A DNA stretch of 64,000 nucleotides, taken from the NCBI GenBank assembly GCA_951406725.2, contig OX597814.1, forward strand, positions 129,518,001 to 129,582,000. The letters are read 5' to 3'. Each line of letters begins with the position of its first letter. Position 1 is the first letter of the stretch. A program made the translations under genes and the position numbers. The notes beneath the pieces were generated by a model. The model saw nothing but the letters and a program-made list of their open reading frames with translations. It was not told the origin of the DNA and ran no database searches. This document shows, piece after piece, positions 26,061-38,684 of the stretch. The stretch is from Octopus vulgaris. Its lineage: Eukaryota.

Positions 26061-26507
26061 TTGTTGCATCAACACACATCTTCCTAAATGTCTCCTTCCT
26101 TTTGGGGTATCTTGCGTTCATCCTCTACTCCCCCCCCTCTATGGTTCCCTCCAGCCTTTCTTTTCTTTCACTGTTCTGACTGCATTCATCCACTGCTCCC
26201 CCAACACTTGCTTCTCTTTCTCTCTCCATTCTCTCCTTATAGCTTCTCTCACCTCAGTACTCTCTCATCTCCCATAAAACCTCACCTAAAAATCATTACC
26301 CTTTTCCTTATATTTTTACTTTTTGTCATGATAGTTATTCAGTTTTGCCTGTTACAAGGTAACCCCACTAGAGTTGGTGCTATGTACATACAATGATAGA
26401 AACCATGCCAAACTGAGATGCTGGAACACAATACAGTCCTCTGACTCATCAAAAGGAATACAAAAGTCAATCATCGGGATACAGGTACCAGTTGTGACAG
26501 GAAAAGC

Positions 26508-27115
26508 ATCATCATCATCATCATCGTTTAATGTCCGTTTTCCATGCTAGCAAAGGGTGGACGGTTCAACTGGGGTCTGGGAAGCCAGGAGGCTGCACCA
26601 AACACCAGTCTGATCTGGCAGTGTTTCTACAGCTGGATGCCCTTCCTAACACCAACCACTCCATGAGTGTAGTGGGTGCTTTTTACGTGCCAGACAAGGC
26701 TGGCAAATGGCCACGATCGGTTGGTGCTTTTACGTGTCACCGACACGGATGCCAGTCAGGTGGCGCTGGCATCTGCCACGTTCGGACAGTGCTTTTTATA
26801 TGTCACCAGCACAGGTGTCTTAACTACAATTTCCATTTGATTTTCATTTTGATGTTGGTGTTAACATACTTGACTCAATAGGTCTCCTCAAGAACAGCGG
26901 GTCACTCTACGATCCATGTTTAGCACAGCAGGCCGTCCTACAAGCCATGAACTCACTTCATTTGTTGGGTCTTGACAGTCACAGCATATCTCAGTGGTCT
27001 CGATCTTCGTCATTTCCTCTGTGAGGCCCTGTGTGCCACCGGCATGGGTATCACAACTACAATATCCATATGATTATTATTTTGATGTTGATGAACTTGA
27101 CACAATAGATCTCCT
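26508..27115 (-). mobile_element. RTE 3' UTR fragment of the 17287 subfamily
   Basis: Colinear with 17287-17890, including the internal duplication junction. Confidence 0.9.
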
Positions 27116-27225
27116 CATACATATACATATACTTACACATACACATACACATACATACATACATATATATATATACAGACATGTACATATATACACATAT
27201 ACATATACACATAAATATATATATA

Positions 27226-27616
27226 TCTATATATATAAAGCTGAAGTTTTCTGTGTGTAGCAGGTTTGGTAGCCTTCAACTAACACTATCTCCTCTGAGA
27301 CCCTGCAGCGCAAGTTGACCAAAATTGAGAGTATGATTGAAGAAGGCTTGCTCTTCATTCCGTAGAAAAAATAATTCAAATCGGACCATATTAACACCAA
27401 AAATTATTTACATCAAAAAGGTTTTTTTTTTTTCTATGAAAATCTCTATTTTTTACGATTTTTTTACTGCTGTGTCGCCATTTTTCGGTGTATTTCAACT
27501 AGAAAAATGTTCACTTAAAGAGAATAACAAGCTACATAATGCAAAATTTTTACTTTTCAAAAATTCAATTCTAAAGGGCCGAAACAAACTTGAGCAACAC
27601 CGGGCAAAACTACTAG
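27226..27616 (+). mobile_element. Complete non-autonomous Helitron (391 bp)
   Basis: Starts a^TCtatatatataaagctg and ends gagcaacaccgggcaaaactaCTAG^t: TC and CTRR termini, A^T target, degenerate GC-rich subterminal motif. Confidence 0.85.
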
Positions 27617-27630
27617 TATATATATACATA

Positions 27631-27942
27631 ATCAAAATAAGCAACAAGGATATCCAGAGGTAATGCAGTACGATCATTTCATACGACTCCATTTAATTGA
27701 ACAAGGCAATCATTTCATTACATCAATTTAAAATGTAGAGCAATCTTCAGCTGTACAAAGACATGGAATTTAATTAAATTAGGACACATTAGTATAATTT
27801 TACCAAGAGGATAAGGAGATAGACAAAGAACATGTTTTACCAACTACATCACAGTTGTAACTGTGCATTGTTCAATTAAATGGAGTTGCATGAAACGATT
27901 GTACTGCATTATCTCTGGATATCCTTGTTGCTTATTTTTGAT
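27631..27942. repeat. Inverted repeat (about 80-bp arms) of a Penelope-like non-coding element
   Basis: 27631-27711 pairs with 27864-27942 (atcaaaataagcaacaaggatatccagag / ctctggatatccttgttgcttatttttgat); each arm carries the GAAA-palindrome-TA hammerhead 3' half. Confidence 0.8.
27666..27753 (-). ncRNA. Degenerate type I hammerhead motif downstream of the SPAG16 stop (sense strand)
   Basis: Minus strand reads cag CTGAAGA ttgctc...gagtcgtat GAAA tgatcg TA ctg; 3-bp stem I, near-palindromic stem III, weak stem II junction. Confidence 0.45.
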
Positions 27943-28120
27943 TTTAATCACCTTATTTAGAAATTGCATGGATAATACCATAGTAAATTCTGGTGTCTCA
28001 ACTTATGTATAGTTATATGTAGATATAGTTATTTGCGTGTATAAATATATAATTTGTAATTTCCTTAATAAAAAATTGTGAAAATAACTAAAAAGTAAAA
28101 TGCTAGTTAAAACTATTCAA

Positions 28121-28231
28121 TTAGCTCCAAAATCTAGCTGTACCGTCACTACCACCAGACACTAGGTATTGTCCACTGCATTCAAATTCCACACATTGGA
28201 CAGCATCATCATGTCCTATAAGAGACACCAG
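28121..28231 (-). CDS. SPAG16: SPAG16 last coding exon (final WD40 repeat and stop)
   Basis: catttcAG acceptor; LVSLIGHDDAVQCVEFECSGQYLVSGGSDGTARFWS*, matching the SPAG16 SGGSDGTVRTWS C-terminus. Confidence 0.95.
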   Translation of the reverse strand: MVSLIGHDDAVQCVEFECSGQYLVSGGSDGTARFWS

Positions 28232-28681
28232 CTGAAATGAGAAAGAAAATGGTTTTATACATTAACGTCTAAAATATATTAGGCATTAAAATATATTAGA
28301 TTTCATTCGACATTTAAACCTCATACACAGCATACTGCAAATGTGGAATCCCTTAGAGGATAGTTAGTATAAGGGAGATAATTAATTCTCAATAATATTA
28401 GATGGGATTAGAAGATTGAAGTTGAAATTCAAGAATAGGAGAGATGATGCATAGAATTTATGCATTTAATTTTTTTTTATTGCTTACTTATTACAAAGAT
28501 TTAAAAATTTCTAGTCAATGGTAATCAAATACAATACCATTTCATTCTTTTTAGAAATCATCAGCATGAAATAATTGAAGGTAAATACTATTTTACTGTT
28601 TCACTTGTTTCAGCCAGACCAGGACACCACCTTGTTAATAAAATGGTGCTACAATTAATTTGTTGTCTGCTACAAATTCTA

Positions 28682-29247
28682 TTGGGTTGTCCAGAAAGTT
28701 TGTGCCGATTTATAGTAGCTTACCTTTCAACTTATTTTAGAACATGGTTGAGTTCATAAAATAGGATTTGACTACACTTTCAATTAGAGCAAAGTTTAAG
28801 CTATCTTTTCGGGGAAGAAGGTTTATGTCCTTATAACTTGTGTTAATTCTGTAACCCTTTAAAATGCCTGATAAGAAAGTTCATTTTTGGCACTTGATGC
28901 TTTGGGAACCAGACAAAAATTGCTGCAGCTTGGCTGGGATGTATTATCCCATCCTCCATATTCACCAGATATTGCTCCTTCAGATTTCCACTTATTCAGA
29001 TCTCTGCAGAATAGTCTTAATGGTAAAAATTTCAATTCCTTGGATGACATAAAAAGATAACTTGATGAATTCTTTGCCATGAAACCACCACAGTTCTGAG
29101 AAGAGAGTATTTTCAAGTTAAAGGAAAGATGGAAACGTATTGCGCAACCAAATGGTTCACATTTGGTTGATTAAAAATGTAATGGCAAGTATTTATTGAC
29201 CTTTTTCTTTCCTTTAAAAATCGGCACAAACTTTCCAGACAACCTAA
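28682..29247 (+). mobile_element. Internally deleted mariner
   Basis: TA-flanked TIRs ttgggttgtccagaaagtttgtgccgattt / aaatcggcacaaactttccagacaacctaa; LGWDVLSHPPYSPDIAPSDFHLFRSLQN..KLKERW with stops. Confidence 0.92.
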
Positions 29248-29770
29248 TATTAGTATGTTCTTTTTGCAGAACTACTAAGTTATGGAGATGTAATGAATCC
29301 AGCACCAGTTTACAAGTCATGTGAAACAAATAATTACATATACACAAATATGAGAATTTTTCTCTCTTGGTAAATAACACATTATTTGTGTGTTCTGATG
29401 CAACATTTGCTTTTAAGAGGTGAATATATTTTAGGTCTTGGGATTAATATTGCTTCTGCTGTTCTATTTCTTTTTTTATTAAGTCCACTATCTTCTGGCA
29501 ACATCAGTGCCTGATTTGGCTCTGTATTTCTATGTATGTTGCTAGTGCAGCAGTTTCTGTTATTTCTAGCAGTGAGGTATCTATCATTGACAAGACCAAA
29601 AGAGGCTTAAATCAAGTAATCTAGTAGTCCTGGCAGCAGAATTAGTGGTGATTGCCTGCCACTGGCAATAGCTATGATGTGCTTTTATGCACCAGAAACC
29701 ACAAGGGACTTTATCTCCCTTGGTAAATATTGCAGTATTTATGTGTTCTTAATGCAACATCTACTTTTAA

Positions 29771-29830
<60 letters not shown>

Positions 29831-31018
29831 GACATGTTTTGCCACAGCTTCCATTGACCAAATTTTCTCACAAGGCATTAGTTGGCTTGGAGTTCTAGAA
29901 AGAGACACTTGTTTAAATTGCTGTGCAGTGAGACTGAACTTGAAACCATATGGTTTTCAAATGAATTCCCTAATCACACAGCCATTCCTGGTGATTCCAG
30001 AAATAATCATTGTTGTCACAAGTCTTTATAGTTTAGAAACAGATTAGCTTTATGTGATGTATGATTTCATTCAGAGACATTAAGCTTCAGATTTATGCTA
30101 GATCTAACATTCCACCTATACAAGTAGGGACGAATAGGCCACACTTTAAGGAAACAAACATCAGACTCTGATTTGGAACACACGAAGAAAGCAAAAGACA
30201 GGGCACCATAAAAATAGCTGGAGACAGGATAGTAAGGCAGGTTAACCTTGCTTTTTATCTTGAAGCATTTTAAAGTTTAGTTCCTCTTGCATTGCTCAGT
30301 GCATTGGTCAACAAGCTTCCTCGACTGGATTCGACTGGCTGCTATTCTTGCACATCTATTCCACATAATATTTACCATCTTCATGCAATTTTGAAATGTC
30401 TATCACCAAATGATCTTCAGCTTACCCATTTTATGCCTGTCATTAAGTAGCACCCAATGGCTGGTTACGAGTGCCATTGATTGGCTAGATGGAGAATATG
30501 GTTAGCCAGGCGGAATTGAAACTCTGCTACAATCTTTTGCAGTGACAATCTTAAAGTTGATAAATAAATTAACCAGTCCAGAAAGGTAGGTTAGCAGAAT
30601 TATTAGCAGAGTGTCAGACAAGACCCCTTGCATCATATGCTCTAGTTCTTTGCATTTTGAGTTCAAACTGAACCTGGGTACCAATGGCCAGAATTAATCA
30701 CACAAACATGGGAGCACTCAGTCTGATCTATGAATGGCTAATATGAGAAAACCAGCAATGAGATGCAGAAGCTTTCATTCAACAATGGTCCAACAAGTGC
30801 CAGATGGTAGATGATGTATAAATGTAATAAACTGTAACAGTCATGTAGAAGACAAATAGTCTCAAGCTCTTCTCTTGTGAAAACTTTGGGATTAGAAATA
30901 AGGAATGGGTCACAGACTAGATGCAGTTTGCAGTGAACTTACTGCAATACCACAACTTCTATTATACATGTATGCATTCACTCAAACATACATGTATGAA
31001 TGTACACATGATCACGAG

Positions 31019-31051
<33 letters not shown>

Positions 31052-31052
31052 G

Positions 31053-31109
<57 letters not shown>

Positions 31110-31158
31110 TTAGCAGTGAAAGTAGTGTTTATATATTGGTATAAAAAGTTTGATTTAC

Positions 31159-31223
31159 CTGTCCTGATGCAATTTCATAGATCTTCACAGTGTGATCATC
31201 ACAGGCTATAGCAACTACAGAAC
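31159..31223 (-). CDS. SPAG16: SPAG16 coding exon (WD40)
   Basis: ttttcAG/GTaaa; SSVVAIACDDHTVKIYEIASGQ; 65 nt. Confidence 0.93.
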
Positions 31224-31616
31224 CTGAAAAACAGTAAGAAAATATTTGGAGAAAAGAATGTAATAGCTGATATATGTGATACCAAAGCTGTAAAAAGTAA
31301 ATACTGAGTCTGAGACATTGCTTTCTGAGGTCACTAAAATAAGGACAAGTAATTTCGGGGATTGATTTTATTTATTATTCACCTCATTAAATTTATGACC
31401 AATTATCAATGTGAAAAAAAATCAAAATGTACAATAAACAACTGTGATTTAATTACGAGGTAGCTTTTGAGCTCTATCCTTCAAGGGGCTGTTAAATATT
31501 GATCACCCAACCAAGCAACCTACAAATGGTCATTATTGACTGGTAGGCCTACAACCAGCCTATAAAAGCCAGTAATGACTTGCTGAGGCTTTCAGTTAGC
31601 AATGGTCTAACAAGGT

Positions 31617-31920
31617 GGAGGTGCAATGTCCCAGTGGTTAGGGCAGCGGACTCGCGGTCAGAGGATCACAGTTTCGATTCCCAGACCAGGCGTTGTATGT
31701 GTTTATTGAGCAAAAACACCTAAAAGCTCTATGAGGCTCCGGCAGGGGGTGGTGGTGAACCCCTGTTGTACTCTTTCGCCCCAACTTCCTCTCACTCTTT
31801 CTTCCTGTTTCTTGAGTAATGCTGGTGTCCCGTCCAACTGGTGGGGAACACATACGCTAGAGACCCCGGGAAACCGGTCCCATGAGCCAGGCTAGGCTTG
31901 AAAAGGGTGCATAAATAAAA
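31617..31920 (+). mobile_element. tRNA-derived SINE with target-site duplication
   Basis: Head ggaggtgcaatg..; flanked by aatggtctaacaag at 31601 and 31921. Confidence 0.9.
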
Positions 31921-33513
31921 AATGGTCTAACAAGAGTCAAATGGGAATGGAAATATAGATATTTGTGCTGTAAAATTTAGAGAGAAGTTGCAAAATATAA
32001 GTCATCTAAGCAGGTTTTGAAAAAATGAGGAAAAAATTCACTAAAAAGGGAAAAATGCTGAATTACAACTAAAAGATATTTCTGAACATACAGAAATAGT
32101 ACACTTGAAGACAATTGCAGATTGCATAAGCAAGAATAGAGAATTAATATAAGAACACAAGAGTTGGTTCTATTCATCTTGCTGGATATTTTTAAAAAAT
32201 AGCTTTTAAGATAGTTTTCACATATTATTTGTATTAATTGTATTTCTGATCAGCTGAGGATTATCCCAAAATATATGCTTACTTTTAAAGGAAGCACTAC
32301 CAAGAATGAATAAATAAATAAATACTAACCTGTGTATACAAGTGTGTGTGTGTGTGTGTGTGTGCACGTGCATGCATGTATGTGTGTGTGTTATTGCAAA
32401 CTGTTGAACTTGAAAGGCAGTAGGTATTGTGCCTATTTCTGAATAGTAATCTATTTACAATTATACAACACAGACAAGGCACTGAATTAGCATTTTTGTA
32501 ATGAATTAGTAATATTTTTACAAATTCCTATCCAGACAGCATGTCCTTGATTACATGTGAACACATGCACACATGCACACACACACATACACACACACAC
32601 ACACGTGAATCATCATCATCATCATCATTATCATCATTTAATGTCTCTCTTCCATGATAGCATGGATCATTCAACAGGATCTAATGAATTAGAGAACTGC
32701 AGTGTGCTCCAGTGTTTGCTTTGCCATGCTTTTCCATGGTTGGATACATGCTTGAATTCCCCAAAACAGAAAAAAAAATCAGGAATGCAAGTGACAACCT
32801 TTGGAGCAATCAGTATCTGGAATTCCATAAGAATCCCAATCCTCTTGAGTTGGAGGTGGATTTCCTCCCCTCCACAATCCCCTCATGTTTCTCCAGCATG
32901 GCTAAAATTCTTGCTGGATCTCAATGTGCTAGCACATTCTTGACTTGAATTTGAGTCAACCTCCTGCTCATATAAAAGGGTATCATCATAAAAGTTTGAG
33001 AGGTGCATTGCATTGTCATTCTTCAAGCTTCTTGTTTACGGATGCATATGGCAATTACAGTCCCATACTGTTTGCCTTTGTAGATATGTAAACCTGAGGG
33101 CTCACGCCTTTGGGGTATTTTTTAGTTACTGCAGACAAATGAAATTTAAGTCTCTTGTTGCTGATATTATGAAGAAAAGGGCCCAGTACACTCTGTAAAG
33201 TGGCTGATATTAGGAAGGGCATGCAGTTTTAAAAATCATGCCAAAGTAGACATCGAAGTGCAATCCTCTGACTTGTCAAACCATTTAACTTAAGCATGGA
33301 ATATGGATATTAAATAATGATAGAGATAATGACAATGATAATTATGATGATGATGATGATGACGAAGTGAGTGTCCAGCACAAATTTTCTTTTTGTTGTT
33401 TATGTAATCCAAATGTTCCATGTAATTTTAAGCATGTTTGTCTCTGAACATGTGACTCGAAAAAATATCAACCAGCATTGACCATTATGATCATTATTAA
33501 GGTCGCAACTTAC

Positions 33514-33640
33514 TTGTGTAGTCAAAAGCAAGTTTATTCGCTGAAAAGCTTCCGGCTTCAAATGTGATCATTGGTGCCACAGTTCTTGTGTCCCAGAGTT
33601 TAACAATTCCTTGTGTATCACAAGAGGCAACAGTATCACC
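33514..33640 (-). CDS. SPAG16: SPAG16 coding exon (WD40)
   Basis: ttctAG/GTaagt; GDTVASCDTQGIVKLWDTRTVAPMITFEAGSFSANKLAFDYT; 127 nt. Confidence 0.95.
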
Positions 33641-33703
33641 CTAGAATTTAATGATAAAGCAAAAAGGGAAATAAAAATGTCATAGCATTTCACTTGGACC
33701 AAC

Positions 33704-34025
33704 TAATAATAATAATAATAATAATAATAATTTCTTAATTAACCATAAAGGGTTTACATTAAAAAACGTTATGGACAAATTCGATGTGGAATTACAAGGA
33801 AGTCATGTAAGCAAAGGAAAAAAAAAACCAATGAAATATAACAACAAAATTCTCCAAAAGAGGGACACCTCCTAGGGCTGCTTGTGGAAACCCCAGAAGC
33901 CCACAACAGTCCTGACCACCAGGGTAAGTGCCCTCTACACATTGTCTACAGGCACATGCTTAGAGTAGGCTCATTCACTCAAACCATTCTTGCGACATTC
34001 ATCCACCTTTTGACAAAATTGCAGG
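33704..34025 (-). mobile_element. Probable L1/Tx1-type LINE 3' end with (TTA)n tail
   Basis: Minus-strand NFVKRWMNVARMV*VNEPTLSMCL* followed by a short UTR and tail; clade call is from recall only. Confidence 0.45.
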
Positions 34026-34129
34026 AGAGTGGGGAGGCAGAACTTCTCTCTCCACCCTCACTTGCCTTTTCAAGTGGATCAGGGCAGCCCACTCCACCTT
34101 CGGTAGACTCAGCCAACGTGTATTCTTCA

Positions 34130-34800
34130 TTCACATGCTGACCATCCAGGCAAAGCTCATGGTCTTAAGTTCTATTGTCCTGTCAACTCTTCTCTACACT
34201 TGTGAGACTTGGATGCTGTACTGCCATGACTTCAAATGTCTTGAATGCTTCCAGCAATCCAAGCTACGACAGATCCTCAATATTTGATGTGAAGATCACA
34301 TTACCAACAATGAGGTTCTTCACTGCACCTCACTACCAAATCGCAAAGCCACTATTCTTCATCACTGTCTCTGATGGGCAGGTCATGTCTAGCATATGAA
34401 GCCCTCTTATCTTCCAAGGATCATGATCTATGGAGAACTTGCAATCGGAAGAAGACCCAGAGGAGGCCCGAAATTCTGTTTTAAAGACCAGTTCAAATGG
34501 ACCCTGGCTCAAACTAACATCTAGTCAACCTCATGGTAACAGATTGCCATGGATAGGACAGCCTGGAGGATGGCTATCCACAATGGAGCCTGCTCCTTCA
34601 AGCAGAATAGGCAACAGAATGAGGAGTTAAAACACAGGAGAAGAAAGGAGCATCTTCAACATTCTCGACCCACACTTACCATTCTCAGTGAATTCTACCC
34701 ACGACTCTTTCACCACCAACGTGGACTCCAAAGTCACATTCGGCACAAACATCTGCTAAGGAGACTGGATGGAGACTGACAAACCCAAAGCTCGGATACA
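34130..34800 (+). mobile_element. Old RTE-clade LINE C-terminal fragment (different family)
   Basis: STLLYTCETW, EDHITNNEVL, MDRTAWRMAI..RLFHHQRGLQSHIRHKH (degenerate C2H2) with frameshifts. Confidence 0.7.
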
Positions 34801-34824
34801 AGCTAGAGCTGACGATACATATAT

Positions 34825-34864
<40 letters not shown>

Positions 34865-34929
34865 ACACACATACATACATACATACATACATACATACAT
34901 AAGGTTCAGGTGTGGCTGTAGAGCTGCAG

Positions 34930-35295
34930 ATGTGGGAATGTGGTAAGAAGCTTGCTTCCCAACCACATGGTTCCTGGTTCAGTCCCACTGCGTGGCACCT
35001 TGGGCAAGTGTCTTCTACTATATTCTTGGGCTGACCAACACCTTGTGAGTAGATTTGGTAGTCAGAAACTGAAAGAATCCTATTGTATAGGTGTGTGTGT
35101 GTGTGTGTGTGCTCGCATGTGTTTGTTTATTTCCCACTACCACTTGAGAACTGGTGTTGGTGTGTTTATGTCCATGTAACTTAGTGGTTTGGCAAAAGAA
35201 AATGATAGAATAAGTACCAGACTTTAAAAAAATAACAGAAGAAAAGTACTGTGCCCCAGCATGGCCACAGTCTAATGATTGAAACAAATAAAAGA
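34930..35295 (+). mobile_element. Microsatellite-containing SINE (family of 15988)
   Basis: tgtggtaagaagcttgcttcccaaccacatggttcctggttcagtcccactgcgtggcaccttgggcaag ... gattgaaacaaataaaagaat. Confidence 0.8.
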
Positions 35296-35305
35296 ATAAT
35301 ATATA

Positions 35306-35857
35306 CAGGGATTGGACAAAATAATGGAAACACCTAGCATCATAGCACCATAATTTTGAAATACCTATAAAACTGTCAAAAGTTTGTTTATTTTTATGTT
35401 TTTTGATTTATTATTAGTGTTGCTTAATATGTTTTGCTAAAATTACTGTTTCTTTTCAGATATCATCAGAAAAAGATAATTAAAATTCATTAAAATGACA
35501 GATCTATCGGACTTTCAAAGAGGTCAAATTGTTGGTGCTCATATGGCAGGCACTAGCATAATGAAAACAGCTAAAGTGTTTGCTGTTTCAAGAAGTACTG
35601 TCTTGAAAGTAATGACAACCTTTGAGAAAGAGGGAAAAACCTCCTTGTCGAAACAAAACCCTGGAAGAAAACCAAAACTTTAAGAGACTGTCGGACTCTT
35701 ATGTGCATTGTTAGAAAGGATCACAAAAGTACAGCTCCCAAAATTACTGCAGAGCTTAATGACCACTTCGAGAACCCAGTTTTCACAAAAACTGTTTGTC
35801 GGAAGCTGCACAAAGCCGGATTTCACAGGAGAGCCGCAATCATAAAACCACTACTAT
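35306..35857 (+). mobile_element. Tc1-family transposon 5' half (truncated)
   Basis: TA-cagggattggacaaaataatggaaacacc TIR; MTDLSDFQRGQIVG..VSRSTV..GRKPKL and ITAELN..TVCRKLHKAGF..KPLL HTH domains. Confidence 0.88.
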
Positions 35858-36137
35858 CAGTATCTTTTGCTGAACCGCTAAGTTACGGGGATGTAAACAC
35901 ACCAGCATCGATTGTCAAGAGATGTTGGGTGGGGGGACAAAGACAGGCACACAAACATATACACACACATATACATATATACGACGGGCTTCTTTCAGTT
36001 TCCATCTACCAAATCCACTCACAAGGCTTTGGTCGGCCTAAGGCTATAGTAGAAGACACTTGCCCAAGGTGCTATGCAGTGGGACTGAACCAGGAACAAT
36101 GTGGTTGGTAAGAAAGCTACTTACCACACAGCCACTC
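35858..36137 (-). mobile_element. Microsatellite-containing SINE (family of 15988), 3'-truncated
   Basis: Reverse-complement match; abuts the Tc1 fragment. Confidence 0.8.
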
Positions 36138-36288
36138 TGTGATTTGTTACCATTTGGTTTACGTTCCAATGGCTTAGCTCTCAGGGTCACAAGCCACTGC
36201 ATCATAACAAAGATTAGATTGCGATTGCAATCACACTTGAGCTGGACCTAAAACAAAAACATTGTGGTTGTTTGAGTATATTTCTCAC

Positions 36289-36354
36289 CTTTTGATTAAT
36301 CACAGCGTGGTTCACACCTGCTGTATGGCCATAGAATGTTTGTCCACAGAGACC
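36289..36354 (-). CDS. SPAG16: SPAG16 coding exon (WD40)
   Basis: ctgcAG/GTgag; GLCGQTFYGHTAGVNHAVINQK; 66 nt. Confidence 0.94.
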
Positions 36355-36564
36355 CTGCAGTGAAAGATAAAAACAACACATTGTCATATAAAAGACTTAA
36401 AATGACTGAAGAGAATTACAAAAACTTTTAATTAATCACATTAACCCTTTGTGATAATATTTTAATGGAATCCTTTCTCATATTTCAATTAATTTTCAAA
36501 ATAATTAAGAATAGGGAGGGATTTATAAAATCCTCCTCCTCCTCCTCCTCCTCCTCATCATCAT

Positions 36565-36840
36565 CATCACCATCATCATCGTTTAATGTCTGCTTTTCAT
36601 GCTAGCATGGGTTGGACGGTTTGACTGAGGACTGGCAAGCCAGGTGGCTGCACCAGGCTCCAATCTGATCTGACAAGGTTTCTACAGCTGGATGCCCTTT
36701 CTAATGCCAACCACTCCGAGAGTGCAGTGGGTGCTTTTTACGTGCCCCAGCATGGGGACCAGTCAGGCAGTACTGGAAATGACCATGCTTGAATGGTGGT
36801 TTTTATGTGCCACTATCATGGGACCAGTCAGGTGGCATAA
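36565..36840 (-). mobile_element. RTE 3' tail fragment
   Basis: catcatcatcgtttaatgtctgcttttcatgctagcatgggttggacgg..; similar pieces at 12670-12855, 23880-24040, 41530-41680, 48858-49058 and 53988-54158. Confidence 0.85.
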
Positions 36841-37431
36841 CTTTATTAATTGATTCCTTACATAGGTGCAAACAAAGCCTCAAATGTAGTGACACTAGCA
36901 GTTATTGCAGTAGTTTATCAACTCAGAAGGCAAAGTTAACCTTGGCAGGATTCGAACTCAGAATTTGAAGTTATGCAACTGAATACTGCAAGGCATTTGT
37001 ACGTCATGCTACTGATTCTACCAACCACTATTTACTTTATTAATTAAGCTGCTGGTCTTGTATAAAATCACTGTGGAGAGAAATGGGTGAGGTATGAGCC
37101 ATTGGAATATTCCATGTTAATTTGCATAATAAATGGTGCATTAGCGAATTAAAAGTGGCTGAGTATCAAAAGACATGAAATGAAAAATGCAAGAGAAATT
37201 AAATACACTGGTATGAGCAGTTGATGTGAATGGATACTTGGGTGTCAAAAGAAGGTGCTCCTGGTGGATGAAGGCCAAGGAGGAAAAGGAAGGCAGGAGG
37301 CAAAGTTATGAAATCTCAGGATCTCTTATTAAGGTGATGCAGGACTGAGATGACTAATGATAAATGATATGAAAAAGATTGTTGATTGTTGATGTAAGAA
37401 GAAAGGTAAGTTAGAATAAAAGTAAGCTTAC

Positions 37432-37558
37432 TGTCCTGGCATCCCAAAGTGAGACTGTTTTGTCAGTAGAGCTAGTAAGAAGGATATTTGAGTAGTACAC
37501 AAATTTAATGCTGTTTACTGAATCTGTGTGGCCTCTCAGAGTGTATCTACAGCGCATA
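37432..37558 (-). CDS. SPAG16: SPAG16 coding exon (WD40)
   Basis: ttcatcAG/GTaag; MRCRYTLRGHTDSVNSIKFVYYSNILLTSSTDKTVSLWDART; 127 nt. Confidence 0.96.
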
Positions 37559-38036
37559 CTGATGAAAAACAGAAAGGAAAAGTTAAAAAAGAATAGACTT
37601 AATTAATAGATTATGCATTCTTTAATTAGCAACAAGACAAAAAAATATATAGAAAGGTAAAAAAAAAAAACAGAAAAAGAACAGATATTTCGCCAGAAAA
37701 TTAAAAATTCAATTTGAATTTTAAATGAATTGTAAAAAATAAATAATTTACAAAATCTATAATAAACCCTTTTGACTTAATTAATTTTTGAAAATAATGA
37801 CAAATTTAGTGAAATAACTTTGTTATTATTAAAGTAGTATTAGGAACATAAATTAACCTAAAATTTTGGGGAAAGGTTCAAATTTAGATCATTTTAAAGA
37901 GGAAGCTTATATCATAAAACCAGGGGCAGTCTGAAGCAGGTTTGTATCAAAAGGGTTCAAGTAAATCTTCAAACATGTGAAATAATTCTGAATTCTTTGA
38001 ATATTCTTTGAAACTCTGGGTTTTTTTTTGTATATA

Positions 38037-38418
38037 TTGGGTCATCCCATAAATAATGTATTTTTTTTCAATTGCATGAACTAAAAGTTGGAGGGGACGG
38101 GATAAACTACCTCCAACAACTTGCTATAAAAACAGGTTGTAATTTTACTTTGTACTTATTCTTAGTGCAAGTTCTGAAGAGTGCAGTTCAATTTTAACAG
38201 TTATTTTTTTAAAGTTATAAAGGAAGTGACAAAGGAGCATATTCAGCATATTTTGCTTTATGAGTTCAATAAAGGCAACAATACAATAGAAAGTGCGAGC
38301 AATATTAATGCAGTATATGGGGATTGGACAATAAACATAAGCCAGTGTCAACGATGGTTCCAGAAATTCCGAACCAGAAACTACAGCCTGCTAACCCTGG
38401 TGGAATATAATCCCATTG
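38037..38418 (+). mobile_element. Mariner 5' fragment (family of 45758-47026)
   Basis: TA-ttgggtcatcccataaataatg TIR; EVTKEHIQHILLYEFNKG..QCQRWFQKFR. Confidence 0.88.
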
Positions 38419-38599
38419 GTCCTGGAATATTTGTAGAATTTGACAAAACATCAATCACTTTACAGAGTGTACTGGCTACTTTTCATGTGGCACCAGAACC
38501 AGTGCTTTTTACATGGAACCAGTGCTTTTTATGTGGTACCAACACCAGCATAGTCACTAAGTAGTATGTTAACATTGGCTTAGCTTTGTTACAGCTTAC

Positions 38600-38684
38600 C
38601 TGTTCAAATCCCATACTTTCCCAGTATTGTCTCTGGAAGATGAAGCTACAAAATCTCCAGTCCAGTGCCAAGAACAACTCCAAA
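38600..38684 (-). CDS. SPAG16: SPAG16 coding exon (WD40)
   Basis: tttcAG/GTaag; VWSCSWHWTGDFVASSSRDNTGKVWDLNS; 85 nt. Confidence 0.95.

Noticed and set aside
1-27600. A second host gene downstream of SPAG16
   Set aside because: I found no chain of phase-compatible exons or recognisable non-transposon protein motifs; small exons could still have been missed.
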